DNA of 64,000 bases from Candidatus Limnocylindrales bacterium. GTDB lineage: Bacteria > Chloroflexota > Limnocylindria > Limnocylindrales > CSP1-4. A model generated the notes under the pieces. The model was not told the DNA's origin and ran no database searches. It saw only the letters and a program-made list of their open reading frames with translations. Position 1 is the first letter of the stretch. Each line of letters opens with the position of its first letter. Below are positions 47,306-57,269 of the stretch, piece after piece. The stretch covers positions 87,717 through 151,716 of the forward strand of contig JBMFSS010000002.1 in NCBI GenBank assembly GCA_049967415.1, in the 5' to 3' direction. The translations under genes and the position numbers were made by a program.

Positions 47306-48763
47306 CTATTCCGGCGGGAGCTGGTGCACCTGTTCCAGGGCGAGGCGGTAGAGCCCGGCTCCGTCAACCCCGGTGGACGGCGAGCGCAGCGCGCGGAGGT
47401 TCTCGACCAGCGCACGCTCGAGGCCGGCGTCGGTCAGGCGGTCGAGGATCCGTGCGGCATGGGCCGCAAAGCGGAGCACCTGCAGTGTCTCCGGGCGGGT
47501 CGGGTCATCCCAGAACCAGGCGTCCGAAGCGAACATCGCCAGCCGCGAGGACTGGGCGTTGAGCAGGTCCTGCAGCAGCGCCTCGTGGGCTCGGCGGGCC
47601 CGGGTGGCCGAGGCGCCCGGGCCGTTGATCGGGAGAGCCGCCTCGGCCACGACGCGCGCGACGTATTCAGAGGCCGGGACGTACCCGGCGGCGACGTCGG
47701 CGTACCCGTCGCGGGCCTGCCACGGGTCCACGCCGATTGGCTTCAGCAGCGCATCGGTGAGCGTGTCGATGGCGGCCGCGAGCCGGTCCAGGGCCAGGCG
47801 CAGGGGCTGCTTCCAGCGGCCGTCAACGGCGTCCGGGCACTCCGCGCTCCAGCGCAGGACGCCGTGGAGGCACGACCAGCTGGTCCGTTCCCGGATGGTC
47901 ATGATCGGCAGGGCGGGCCGGGTCGCCTCTGCCAGCGCGGCCCCGAGCGTCACCACCTCCAGGCTGGGATCGCCCACGTCGCTGCCGTACCAGCTGGTCA
48001 GCCGCGCGAGGAAGAGCTCCCGGAACCCTTGGTGGTGACCGTAGAGCTCGCCGTCGGTGGCGATCAGCGCCAACGGCGGGTCCCCCGAAGGCAGTGGCTC
48101 CGCCAGCCGGGGCAGCACCCGGCCGCGCACGAAGTCGTCCGCGTTCTGGGTCGCACCGGGGTCGAAGCTGACCGCCGTGGACAGGTCACGGTCGTAGAAC
48201 ATCACCAGCATCGAGTGGCCGCCCCCAACCTCCACTCGGTACGGTCGACGGGTGTCGAGGTCGCCATCCGTGCCCGCCTGCCACGGCGCGAGGATCGTGT
48301 AGCCGATCCCCTCCTCGGCGCACAGGCGCAGAGTGAGCAGATCGACCGCCGTCTCGGGGAGCCATATCCCGGCTGGGCGGTGTCCGTACCGCAGTGCAAA
48401 ATCGCGGATGCCCCAGCGGATCTCCGTCCGCCGGTCGCGTATGGGAGCGAGGGGAAGGATGATGTGGTGCCAGGGAAGCGCCATCGCGTTCGAGCCGTCG
48501 TCCTGCTCCGCGATGGCCCTGTACAGGTCCGGCCGGTGCTGCTGCAGCCACAGCGCGAGGGTGGGGCCCAGGTCCCACCCGATATGCCGGAAGTTGCCGC
48601 GCAACGCGTTCGGGGCGTAACACTCGTCGGTGACGCGGTCGGTCCAGTCGTGGGCCGGGGCGGCGCTTGGGTCCGGCGGTACCTCGCCGGTGAACGGATC
48701 CCGCCTGTCGGGCTGGTAGAAGTGGCCGTGAACGGCGAGTCGAGGACGGGCCGGGCTGGTCAT
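47306..48763 (-). CDS. Glycoside hydrolase family 57 protein (GH57 N-terminal domain plus C-terminal domain)
   Basis: LAVHGHFYQPDRRDPF is the GH57 N-terminal signature. Confidence 0.75.
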   Translation of the reverse strand: MTSPARPRLAVHGHFYQPDRRDPFTGEVPPDPSAAPAHDWTDRVTDECYAPNALRGNFRHIGWDLGPTLALWLQQHRPDLYRAIAEQDDGSNAMALPWHHIILPLAPIRDRRTEIRWGIRDFALRYGHRPAGIWLPETAVDLLTLRLCAEEGIGYTILAPWQAGTDGDLDTRRPYRVEVGGGHSMLVMFYDRDLSTAVSFDPGATQNADDFVRGRVLPRLAEPLPSGDPPLALIATDGELYGHHQGFRELFLARLTSWYGSDVGDPSLEVVTLGAALAEATRPALPIMTIRERTSWSCLHGVLRWSAECPDAVDGRWKQPLRLALDRLAAAIDTLTDALLKPIGVDPWQARDGYADVAAGYVPASEYVARVVAEAALPINGPGASATRARRAHEALLQDLLNAQSSRLAMFASDAWFWDDPTRPETLQVLRFAAHAARILDRLTDAGLERALVENLRALRSPSTGVDGAGLYRLALEQVHQLPPE

Positions 48764-48802
48764 GCGCTGGGACCGTTCATGCGCTGGCCCGGCGGATCTG
48801 GA

Positions 48803-51223
48803 TCATGGCCGGGGCGCGAGCTCTTCCGCCAGGTGGTCGCGCGAGCTGACCACGTCGCAGCGCACGGTGACGGATCGGACCTCGCCGGGCTCCAGCGCGA
48901 GCGGCCAGCGGAGGAGCAGGCAGCTGCCCTGGTACTGGCGTTCGAACCCGGCCTCGGAGTTCGAGACCGTCTCGACCGGGTACCAGGCCACGTCGGCGGG
49001 CGGCTGCAGGCTGGCCGTGACGCTGGCTCCCTCGGCATCGTTGCCGAAGGCCACCCAGGGCAGGACCCCGGGGCGCTGCGCCGAGTCGTGGGCATACCGC
49101 GCGGACCCCGCCGGCGCAGCGGCCGGGACCGTGTAGTGGGCCGCCGGGTTGCCGCCCCCACCGGCAAGGTCCACGTTCCACTCGAGGACCAGGTCGATCA
49201 CGATGCGGGTGCCACCGCGGTGCTGCACGGCCACCTCGAGCTCGAGGGACGGATCCAGTCGGCCGCCGCCGGACCGGAAAGTCTTCGTCACCCGGACCGG
49301 CTGGCCATCGATCCGGCCGTCCCGTGCCGCGACCAGTTCTGCCTGGCCCAGCCGCGTCACCCGGTAGGGGGAGTCGACCAGGTCACCCAGCTCCGTGTAC
49401 TCCTGGAGCCGGAAATCTTCCGGCGTGGTTCCCTGCGGGACCGCATGCAGCAAGCCCGAGCGCCGCTCGTGGCGATCGTAGATCAGGAGCCGGCTGAGCC
49501 CCGGCTCCTTGGTCATCACGATGTCGTGGATTGTCCTGGGAGCCTCGCCCGGCCCCGCGCCATCCGGCCCAGCGACGCTGCCCGGCTGAGCCCCGGTTTC
49601 TGCCGCCGCGCGCGCCTCGTGCTCCCGGAGCGTGGCGTGGTACGCCTCCGGCCGGCGTCGCATGACCGACGCCAGTGCCAGGCGCGTGGCCCGCAGGTCC
49701 CAGCTGCCGAGGGCCGCGCCCTCCTCGAGGTCCACCGTGAGCACCTGCCCGGATCCCGCGAGGTAGGCCTCGGGCACCCCGTCCAGGTCGGTGTCGAGGA
49801 GCGCGGCGCCGTTCGCCGGCGCGGCGATCAAGGCTTCCGCGGCCCGGCTCCGGGAGGCCTGGAACGGGCCGCCGGGGCTCGCGTTCCCGGGGGCGGCAGG
49901 TTCCCCGCCGCGAAGGGCAGGTTCCCCGCCGCGAAGGGCAGGTTCCCCGCCGCGAAGGGCAGGTTCGCCGCCGGGGACGATATCGCCCGGGGCGCGATCG
50001 CCGGGGACGGGATCGCCCCCCGTGGCGTCGCGCATGCGAACGCGGTCGGCCAGATCTTCCGCGGCGATGAGGTGTGCACAGGTGGCCAGGCGCATGTGCA
50101 CGATATAGATCCCGCCGAAGAGCCCGTGCCAGTAACAGTCGTTGGACTGCCCCCGGTACAGGTGATCCAGCGCCGCTTCCCGTTCGGGGCCCGGCGGCAT
50201 CCCGGCGACCTTGGCCGACACCCGCAGCATCTGCTTGTGAAGGTCGTTGATCTCCCGGTAACGAGCCTGGAAGTTACGCCAGAACCCGCCGTGCAGGTAG
50301 CGCTTTTCCGGCAGATCCTCCTCAAACGCACGCTTGACGAGCGCGGTGAAAACGGTGGACTGGTCCGGTGGCAGGGCCCACTCCCCCATCTCGATATAGG
50401 AGGCGGTGGGCACGTAGACGCGCCCCACGGGGGGCTCGCGGTCGAGCCAGGCCGAGGGCGTCACCGTCGCCAGCCAGTCGGTGTTCTCCTCCAGCAGGTC
50501 GAAGAAACGGTCGATCCAGCGGCCCCGCCCCCAGCAGTGCTCGTACGTGCCCGGCCACGCGCCGAACTTCTCGCCGTCATCGCCCATGAAGCCGAGCCGC
50601 CGCCCGTCGTCCGTGGCGTGGTCGCGCAGGTGGGCGATCACGTCTTCCGGGGCCCCGAACGGGATCCGGTACCGCAGGCCCTGCTCCGTGCCGAAGACGC
50701 GCAGCAGGCGCCCCTGGTCCTCGGTCACGTACGCACCCCACATCTCGTCTTCCGCGATCGCGGCGGCCCGGAAGTGGTTGTCGTCGAGAATGGTCCACTC
50801 GTAGCCCGCGTCGGCCAGCACCGACGGGAGCTGGGGCTCCCACACGCGCTCTGCCAGCCAGGCGCCGCGGGGTCGACGGCCGAAGAGCCGTTCCACGCCG
50901 TCCGCCATGCGCAGCAGCTGGCCGCGCCGGTCCCGCTCGGGCAGGGAAACCAGGACCGGCTCGTAATAGCCGCCTCCCAGCACCTCGACCTGGTCGCGCG
51001 CCACGAGCGCACCCAGGCGCGAGATGAATTCCGGATGCGCAGCGCCGACCCATTCGATCAGGGGACCGGTGTAGTGGAGGGAGAGGCGGACGCCAGGGTG
51101 TCGCTCGAGGGCGCCCAGGAGCGGCTGATACGCCTTCTGGAAGACGTCCTCGAAGACCCAGCCGAAGTTGCCAACCGGTTGATGGTTGTGGATCGCGAGC
51201 GCGAGTGCAATGCGGCCGCTCAC
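48803..51223 (-). CDS. GH57-family alpha-glucan-active enzyme (branching-enzyme/amylopullulanase-like), 806 aa, with an internal 7-aa tandem repeat
   Basis: ALAIHNHQPVGNF...EWTILDDNHF (GH57 catalytic region), and an internal GGEPALR x4 linker. Confidence 0.8.
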   Translation of the reverse strand: MSGRIALALAIHNHQPVGNFGWVFEDVFQKAYQPLLGALERHPGVRLSLHYTGPLIEWVGAAHPEFISRLGALVARDQVEVLGGGYYEPVLVSLPERDRRGQLLRMADGVERLFGRRPRGAWLAERVWEPQLPSVLADAGYEWTILDDNHFRAAAIAEDEMWGAYVTEDQGRLLRVFGTEQGLRYRIPFGAPEDVIAHLRDHATDDGRRLGFMGDDGEKFGAWPGTYEHCWGRGRWIDRFFDLLEENTDWLATVTPSAWLDREPPVGRVYVPTASYIEMGEWALPPDQSTVFTALVKRAFEEDLPEKRYLHGGFWRNFQARYREINDLHKQMLRVSAKVAGMPPGPEREAALDHLYRGQSNDCYWHGLFGGIYIVHMRLATCAHLIAAEDLADRVRMRDATGGDPVPGDRAPGDIVPGGEPALRGGEPALRGGEPALRGGEPAAPGNASPGGPFQASRSRAAEALIAAPANGAALLDTDLDGVPEAYLAGSGQVLTVDLEEGAALGSWDLRATRLALASVMRRRPEAYHATLREHEARAAAETGAQPGSVAGPDGAGPGEAPRTIHDIVMTKEPGLSRLLIYDRHERRSGLLHAVPQGTTPEDFRLQEYTELGDLVDSPYRVTRLGQAELVAARDGRIDGQPVRVTKTFRSGGGRLDPSLELEVAVQHRGGTRIVIDLVLEWNVDLAGGGGNPAAHYTVPAAAPAGSARYAHDSAQRPGVLPWVAFGNDAEGASVTASLQPPADVAWYPVETVSNSEAGFERQYQGSCLLLRWPLALEPGEVRSVTVRCDVVSSRDHLAEELAPRP
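49896..49976 (-). repeat. In-frame 21-nt tandem repeat (3 perfect units plus 1 degenerate) encoding (GEPALRG)n inside the GH57 gene
   Basis: gcaggttccccgccgcgaagg x3, then gcaggttcgccgccgggg. Confidence 0.8.
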
Positions 51224-51251
51224 CGCCCTCTCTCCTCCCTGTCGATTCTGG

Positions 51252-53432
51252 TCAGGTGGCTCTCGCGCGCCGGCTGGATCTCCGGGCCCGTCCGACCGGT
51301 GTCGAAGCCGCGGGCAAGTAGAGCTGCTCGACGTACTCCTCGAGCATGCGCGTCGTGGAGAACTGCCAGATGGTGCTGCGGATGGACTCGCGCACCGTGG
51401 CCAGCCAGGCCCCGGGGAGCCCGTCGCGATCGCGCTCGTAGTAGCGCGGAACCACCTCTTCCTCCAGCAGCCGGTAGAGCTCCTGCGAGTCGGCCCAGTC
51501 CTGTGCCCCCTCGTCGGGGTTGGTGGTGCGGCCGCCGATGGCCCAGCCGTTGGTGCCCGACCACGCCTCGTCCCACCAGCCGTCGAGGACCGAGAGGTTG
51601 ACGACGCCGTTGGCCGCCGCCTTCATGCCGCTCGTCCCGGATGCCTCCAGCGGTCGTCGCGGGTTGTTGAGCCAGACATCCACGCCCTGGATCAGGAACC
51701 GCGCGACGCGCATGTCGTAGTCCTCGATGATGAAGACGCGGCCTTTCAGGCGTGGCGAACGGCTCCGTTCCCAGATCTCCTGGATCACGCGCTGGCCCGG
51801 CCGGTCGGCGGGATGCGCCTTGCCGGCGAAGATCACCTGGACCGGCCGCTCGGGGTTCCAGAGGATGCGGGCGAGCCGATCCTCGTCGCTGAAGAGGAGG
51901 GAGGCGCGCTTGTAGGTCGCGAAGCGGCGCGCGAAGCCGATCGTGAGTGCAGCCGGGTCGACCACGTGGCTGAGGGCCTGGAGCTCTTCGGGCGGCTCGC
52001 CGTGGCGCGCGAGCTGGCTGAGCAATCGGCCGCGTGCGAAGTGCGCGAGCTCGAGCTTCTGCCGCGCGTGCGCCGCCCAGAGCTGGTGGTCGCCGATCTG
52101 GCCGAGCCGGTCCCAGAAGCGGCGGGCCCGAACCTCGGGGTCCAGGTCGTCGAGATCGCCGTCAAGCTCCTCGTAGAGGCTGCGCAGCGGCCGTCCGACC
52201 CAGCTCGGCACGTGGATCCCGTTGGTGATGCCGAGGATGGGGCGCTCGAGGATCCCCTGCCAGGTGGCGTTGGCGGTCTGCGCATGCAGGTGGCTGACCG
52301 CGTTGGCCCCGTTGGTCAGGCGCAGGCTGAAGGCCGTCATGTCGAACTGCGACGGGTCACCTTCTGCGCCGCGCCCCAGCTCCAGGACCCGGTCGAGGTC
52401 TACCCCGTCCGGCCCGCCCAGGGGTGCAGCGAGCCGCTGGACAAGGCCCGCGTCGAATCGCTCGTTCCCGGCCGAGACGGGCGTGTGAATGGTGAAGACG
52501 GAGTTCCGGCGGACCTGCGCCGCGGCCTCTTCGAAGGGAGTGCCCTGGGCTACCAGCTCGCGGGTGCGCTCGACCAGCATCATGGCCGAATGCCCCTCGT
52601 TGAGATGCCAGACCACCGGCTGGATCTGCAGTGCCCGCAGCGCCCGCACCCCGCCCACGCCCAGGACCATCTCCTGGCAGAAGCGCATCTCGCGGCCGCG
52701 GACGTACAGCATCCCCGTGATGGGGCGGTCCTCGGGGGCGTTCTCGCCGATGTCGGTGTCGAGGAGGAGCAAGGGGACGCGGCCCACCTGTGCCAGCCAG
52801 ACGGCGCACCAGACGGTCCGGCCCGGCAGCTCCACCGGCACCACCAACGGGTCGCCCTCGGACGAGGCGACCCGCAGCAGCGGCAGGCGCAGCGGGTCGT
52901 AGTCGGGGTAGGCGTGCTCCTGGTGGCCGTCGGCGTCGATGGTCTGGCGGAAGTAGCCGCGGCGGTAGAAGAGCCCCACGGCCACGAAGGGGAGGGCCAT
53001 GTCGGAAGCCGTCTTGGCGTGGTCCCCGGCCAGGACCCCGAGCCCGCCGGAGTAGATCCCCATCGACTCGGTCAGCCCGTACTCGGCGCAGAAGTAGGCA
53101 ATCGGGCCGCTCAGGGCGTTGGCGTGGTGCCGTGCGAACCAGTGCCCCGTGCCGTTCGCCATGTAGTGCTGGAAGTCCCGCATGATGGTGTCGTACTCGG
53201 CCATGAACGCGGGGTTCTCGAGCAGGTCGCTCCAGCGCTGGTGGCTCATGAGGATCGAGATGGGGTTGCGATAACGCGACCACGCCCCCGGGTCGATGCG
53301 GGAGAAGAGCTGCCGCACCTCGGGGTGCCAGGTCGAGTACAGGTTGTACGCGAGGGCCCGGAGCCCTTCCAGCTGGGCCGGGAGCCGAATGGCCGGTGGC
53401 AGGAGGGTCGGAACAGAGGGAGCGGTCTGCAT
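51252..53432 (-). CDS. glgP: Alpha-glucan phosphorylase (glycogen/maltodextrin phosphorylase, GT35)
   Basis: 726 aa; ...AYFCAEYGL..., EASGTSGMKAAANG (PLP-Lys motif of GT35). Confidence 0.9.
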   Translation of the reverse strand: MQTAPSVPTLLPPAIRLPAQLEGLRALAYNLYSTWHPEVRQLFSRIDPGAWSRYRNPISILMSHQRWSDLLENPAFMAEYDTIMRDFQHYMANGTGHWFARHHANALSGPIAYFCAEYGLTESMGIYSGGLGVLAGDHAKTASDMALPFVAVGLFYRRGYFRQTIDADGHQEHAYPDYDPLRLPLLRVASSEGDPLVVPVELPGRTVWCAVWLAQVGRVPLLLLDTDIGENAPEDRPITGMLYVRGREMRFCQEMVLGVGGVRALRALQIQPVVWHLNEGHSAMMLVERTRELVAQGTPFEEAAAQVRRNSVFTIHTPVSAGNERFDAGLVQRLAAPLGGPDGVDLDRVLELGRGAEGDPSQFDMTAFSLRLTNGANAVSHLHAQTANATWQGILERPILGITNGIHVPSWVGRPLRSLYEELDGDLDDLDPEVRARRFWDRLGQIGDHQLWAAHARQKLELAHFARGRLLSQLARHGEPPEELQALSHVVDPAALTIGFARRFATYKRASLLFSDEDRLARILWNPERPVQVIFAGKAHPADRPGQRVIQEIWERSRSPRLKGRVFIIEDYDMRVARFLIQGVDVWLNNPRRPLEASGTSGMKAAANGVVNLSVLDGWWDEAWSGTNGWAIGGRTTNPDEGAQDWADSQELYRLLEEEVVPRYYERDRDGLPGAWLATVRESIRSTIWQFSTTRMLEEYVEQLYLPAASTPVGRARRSSRRARAT

Positions 53433-53614
53433 CAGTGGATGCGATGCTACACGAAGCCGCGTCGATAAACCGATTTACTCGGCACCCCGGGCCGGGACCG
53501 GCGCGACCGGGGAAGTGCTTCCAGCCCGGTGCGGGTGAAGCCCGGGGGCCGGCCGGTGTGCGACGGCTCCGGTGCGGGGCCGCAGGGCGCCCGGCTGGCG
53601 TACCATCCGGATCC

Positions 53615-55093
53615 ATGCGGATCGCGATGGTGAGCTCCGAGTGTGAGCCGTTTGCCAAGACCGGCGGGTTGGCCGACGTGGTAGATGCCCTGGCCCGGGC
53701 GCTGGGGGAGATGGGCCACCAGGTGGACGTCTACCTGCCGCGCTACCGGGGCCTGGAGGCTCCCGGGCCTGTCACCCGGACCACGGTTTTCGTTCCGGCG
53801 TCGGGGGGGCCGGGAACATCCTTCGCAGACGTCCTCTCCGCCCGGGCCGACGGCTACCGCCTCCGGCTGGTCGACCACCCGTACAGCTACGACCGGGCCG
53901 GTCTCTACGGCGAGGCCGGCTCGGACTACCCGGACAACGGAGCACGCTTCGCGCTGCTGGGCCAGGTGGCGCTGGAGACGATCCGGGCCGAAGGGGGCGG
54001 GGTCTCGGTCCTGCACGGGCACGACTGGCAGTCCGGCCCGGCGGTGCTGCTGCGCGATCACCGGTACGGCAGCGATCCGCTGCTCGCGGGGATGGCCACC
54101 CTGGTCACGTGCCACAACCTCGCCTACCACGGCTGGGTCCCGCGCGAACGGGCAGCCGATCTGGGACTGCCGCCCAGCGTTGGACGCCCCGATGGCGTGG
54201 ACCTGCTGCGCGAGGCGGTCGTGGCGGCTGACATGGTGAACACGGTCAGCCCGACCTACGCGCTGGAGTCAAGGACGCCCGAGTACGGCGCGGGGCTGGA
54301 CGACGTGCTGCGGGGACGGGGGGACCGGTATGTCGGGATCCTGAACGGGATCGACCGCCGGCTCTGGGACCCGGCTTCCGACCCGGCGCTGCCCAGCCGG
54401 TACTCGGCCCGGGACCTGGACGGCAAGCGGGCGTGCAAGGCCGAGCTGTGCTCCCGGCTGGGGATCGACGCCCGGCCGGACGACCGGAGCGGGCGAGGTG
54501 CCCCGCTGTTCGGGATGGTGGGGCGGCTCGACCCGCAGAAGGGGTTCGACCTGCTGACCGGAGCCGCCGAAGCGATGGTGGAGGCGGGCGGCCGCCTGGT
54601 GATCCTGGGCACCGGTGACGAGCGGCTGGTGGCGGGACTGCGGGAGACGGCGTTGCGCCACCCGGGCCGGGTCGCCGTCCTGGAGCGCTTCGACCGGGAT
54701 GAGGCGCGCCGCGTCTACGCGGCCAGTGACCTGCTCCTGATGCCCTCCCGGTTCGAGCCGTGCGGGCAGAGCCAGATGATCGCGATGCGCTACGGCACCA
54801 TCCCCGTGGTCCGGGCAACCGGCGGGCTGGCCGATACCGTGCGCGACGCGGATGCCGATCCGGCCGACGGCGACGGGTTCGTCTTCGGACCGCCGGCCGC
54901 CAGCGCCCTGGTGGACGCGGCGACGCGGGCGATGGCCGCCTACCGGGACCCGGGCCGCTGGCAGGCGCTGATGCGCCGGGCCATGGCGCGGGACTTCTCC
55001 TGGGCGGCCTCCGCACCGCGGTACCTGGACGCTTACCGGCGGGCGCTCGAGATCCGGCAGGCGGCCCCCGGGGGCGCGGCGCCCCGCTTCTGA
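53615..55093 (+). CDS. glgA: Glycogen synthase (GT5, ADP/UDP-glucose type)
   Basis: MRIAMVSSECEPFAKTGGLADVV (KTGGL motif), ...HCHDWQ-like HGHDWQS, C-terminal PSRFEPCGQSQM. Confidence 0.92.
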   Translation: MRIAMVSSECEPFAKTGGLADVVDALARALGEMGHQVDVYLPRYRGLEAPGPVTRTTVFVPASGGPGTSFADVLSARADGYRLRLVDHPYSYDRAGLYGEAGSDYPDNGARFALLGQVALETIRAEGGGVSVLHGHDWQSGPAVLLRDHRYGSDPLLAGMATLVTCHNLAYHGWVPRERAADLGLPPSVGRPDGVDLLREAVVAADMVNTVSPTYALESRTPEYGAGLDDVLRGRGDRYVGILNGIDRRLWDPASDPALPSRYSARDLDGKRACKAELCSRLGIDARPDDRSGRGAPLFGMVGRLDPQKGFDLLTGAAEAMVEAGGRLVILGTGDERLVAGLRETALRHPGRVAVLERFDRDEARRVYAASDLLLMPSRFEPCGQSQMIAMRYGTIPVVRATGGLADTVRDADADPADGDGFVFGPPAASALVDAATRAMAAYRDPGRWQALMRRAMARDFSWAASAPRYLDAYRRALEIRQAAPGGAAPRF

Positions 55094-55128
55094 GCGGGCC
55101 CGCAGCCCCGCGCGCTACCATCGGCCGC

Positions 55129-57096
55129 ATGCTGTTCGACTTCTCGACCGTCACTGCCGACTCGGTCGCGGCGGATACCGACGCGGGCCTTGCGCAGGCC
55201 GACGCCCTTGTCGAGGACGTGGTGCCACGTGGTGGCGCCACGTTCAGAGACACCATGCTGCCGCTTGACCAGGCCCTGGATCGTGTGCAGGTGGCATACG
55301 GCCAGGGCGCGTTCATGGCCCGGGTGCATCCGGACGCCGCGGTTCGTGCTGCCGGCCAGCGTTCAGAGGAGCGGCTTGCCAAGTGGCGCGTCGCGCTGCT
55401 CTTCCGGGCAGACCTCTACCGGGCCATCCGCTCCTATGCCGCAACCGCCGAGGGGCAGGCGCTCGCCGGGGAGCGGTTGCGCCTGGTCGAGCACTGGCTG
55501 CGCGACTTCCGGCGTGCCGGGCAGGAACTGCCCGCGCCCGCCCGGGACGAGCTCGAGCGGTTGCGCGCGCGCCTGGTCGAGCTGGAGGTGGCTTTCCAGC
55601 GCAATGTCGACGAGTTTCAGGACGGGCTGGAGCTGACGCGCGAGGAGCTCGCCGGGCTGCCCGAATCGTACGTGGATCGGCTGCCGGCCGGGACCCGGCC
55701 GGGAACCTGGAGAGTCGGGCTCGAATACCCCAGTGTCTTCCCCTTCCTGGATCAGTCGGAACGGCGCGATCTCCGCGAGCAGCTGGAGTTCAAGCTCTTC
55801 AACCGCGCCGCCACCGTCAACCGGCCGGTCATTGCGGAGGCGCTGGAGATCCGGAAGCGGATCGCCGCGCTGTTCGGCCTGCCCTCGTGGGCGCACTACG
55901 CGCTCGAGGTCAAGATGGCCCGGGACCCGGAGGCGGTCCAGCGCTTCTACGAGCAGCTGGTGCCGCCCCTCCAGTCCAAGGCGCGTGACGAGATCGCGCG
56001 TCTCGGCCGGCTGCTGGAGGCCGGGACCGGGGATCCGGTGCTGCGCTCGTGGGACTGGCGGTACTACGACAACCAGATCCGACGCACGGAGTTCGGGCTG
56101 GACCAGAACGTGGTCGCGGAGTACCTGCCCCTGGAACGCGTCATGGAGGGCCTGCTCGACCTGACCGGCGAGGTGTTCGGGCTGGAGTACCAGCGGATCG
56201 ATCCGGCGCTGGCCTGGCACCCCGACGTGGCGCTGTACGAGATCCACGACCGTGCCACGGGCACCCGCATCGCGCGCTTCTACGCCGACCTCTTCCCGCG
56301 CGAAGGCAAGTTCGGGCATGCCGCCGTCTTCCAGCTCGTTTCCGGCCACCGCCGACCCGACGGCTCGTACGTAGAACCTTCCTGTGCGATCGTGGCCAAC
56401 CTGACCCGGCCGTCGGTCGATCAGCCGTCGCTGCTCCGGCATGACGAGGTGGTGACGCTCTTCCACGAGTTCGGCCACGTGCTCCACCACTCCCTGTCGC
56501 GGACCGAGTTCGTGCGTTTCTCGGGGACCGAGACGGAGCCGGATTTCGTGGAGGCCCCCAGCCAGATCATGGAGCATTGGGCCTGGGACGCATCGGTCCT
56601 GCGCCGCTTCGCGCGGCACTATCGAACCGGCGAGCCCATGCCGGAGGCGCTGGTCGAGCAGCTCGTGCGCGCCCGGGACCTGAACGTCGGGATCCGGATG
56701 CTTCGGCAGGTCTCCCTGGGCCTGCTCGACATGGGTTTCCACGACACCGCGCCAGAGCGCGACCTGGACGCCATCAACCGGGAGTCCTGGTCGGTCATCG
56801 GGCTCCCGTACCACGAGGGCACGTTCTACGCGGGCGGCTTCGAGCACCTCTTCGGGGGCTACGACGCCGGCTACTACGGGTATCTCTGGTCCAAGGTCTA
56901 CGGAGACGACATGTTCGGGCGGTTCCGGGCAGCAGGCGTGACGAACCCGGAGGTGGGGGCAGCCTACCGGCGCGAGATCCTGGAATCGGGCGGATCCCGG
57001 GATGCCGCGGAGATGCTGCGCGCCTTCCTGGGCCGCGAGCCGTCGAACGCCACCTTCCTGGAGCTGCTGGGGATCGAGCCGGGCCCGCCCGCCTGA
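55129..57096 (+). CDS. M3-family zinc metallopeptidase (oligopeptidase/Dcp-like)
   Basis: TLFHEFGHVLHH (HEXXH) and the downstream E. Starts at MLFDFSTVTADS. Confidence 0.88.
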   Translation: MLFDFSTVTADSVAADTDAGLAQADALVEDVVPRGGATFRDTMLPLDQALDRVQVAYGQGAFMARVHPDAAVRAAGQRSEERLAKWRVALLFRADLYRAIRSYAATAEGQALAGERLRLVEHWLRDFRRAGQELPAPARDELERLRARLVELEVAFQRNVDEFQDGLELTREELAGLPESYVDRLPAGTRPGTWRVGLEYPSVFPFLDQSERRDLREQLEFKLFNRAATVNRPVIAEALEIRKRIAALFGLPSWAHYALEVKMARDPEAVQRFYEQLVPPLQSKARDEIARLGRLLEAGTGDPVLRSWDWRYYDNQIRRTEFGLDQNVVAEYLPLERVMEGLLDLTGEVFGLEYQRIDPALAWHPDVALYEIHDRATGTRIARFYADLFPREGKFGHAAVFQLVSGHRRPDGSYVEPSCAIVANLTRPSVDQPSLLRHDEVVTLFHEFGHVLHHSLSRTEFVRFSGTETEPDFVEAPSQIMEHWAWDASVLRRFARHYRTGEPMPEALVEQLVRARDLNVGIRMLRQVSLGLLDMGFHDTAPERDLDAINRESWSVIGLPYHEGTFYAGGFEHLFGGYDAGYYGYLWSKVYGDDMFGRFRAAGVTNPEVGAAYRREILESGGSRDAAEMLRAFLGREPSNATFLELLGIEPGPPA

Positions 57097-57269
57097 GCGT
57101 GCCCCTGGAGACGCGCGAGCCGCCCCCATCCGGGCGGCCTGAGCCCGGTCACGAGGCGCGGGCGGCGCGCGCGCCAGGACCGAAGCGGCCGGACGTGGCA
57201 TCCTCTTCGGGCTGAGCCTGCTGGCATGCGGCATGTCGGCGCTCGTCTTCGTGGCAGAGGTCCGTCCAC

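Noticed and set aside
47183-51601. Very long ORFs in the track (1472 aa here; also 40206..43406 of 1066 aa, 60291..62996 of 901 aa, 2700..4931 of 743 aa, 19996..21543 of 515 aa, 37538..39154 and others) running antisense to or out of frame with the genes called above
   Set aside because: Their translations are Arg/Pro/Gly/Ala-rich low-complexity sequence with no recognisable motifs. They lie opposite ORFs with clear family signatures. They are the expected stop-codon-poor artefacts of ~70% GC DNA.
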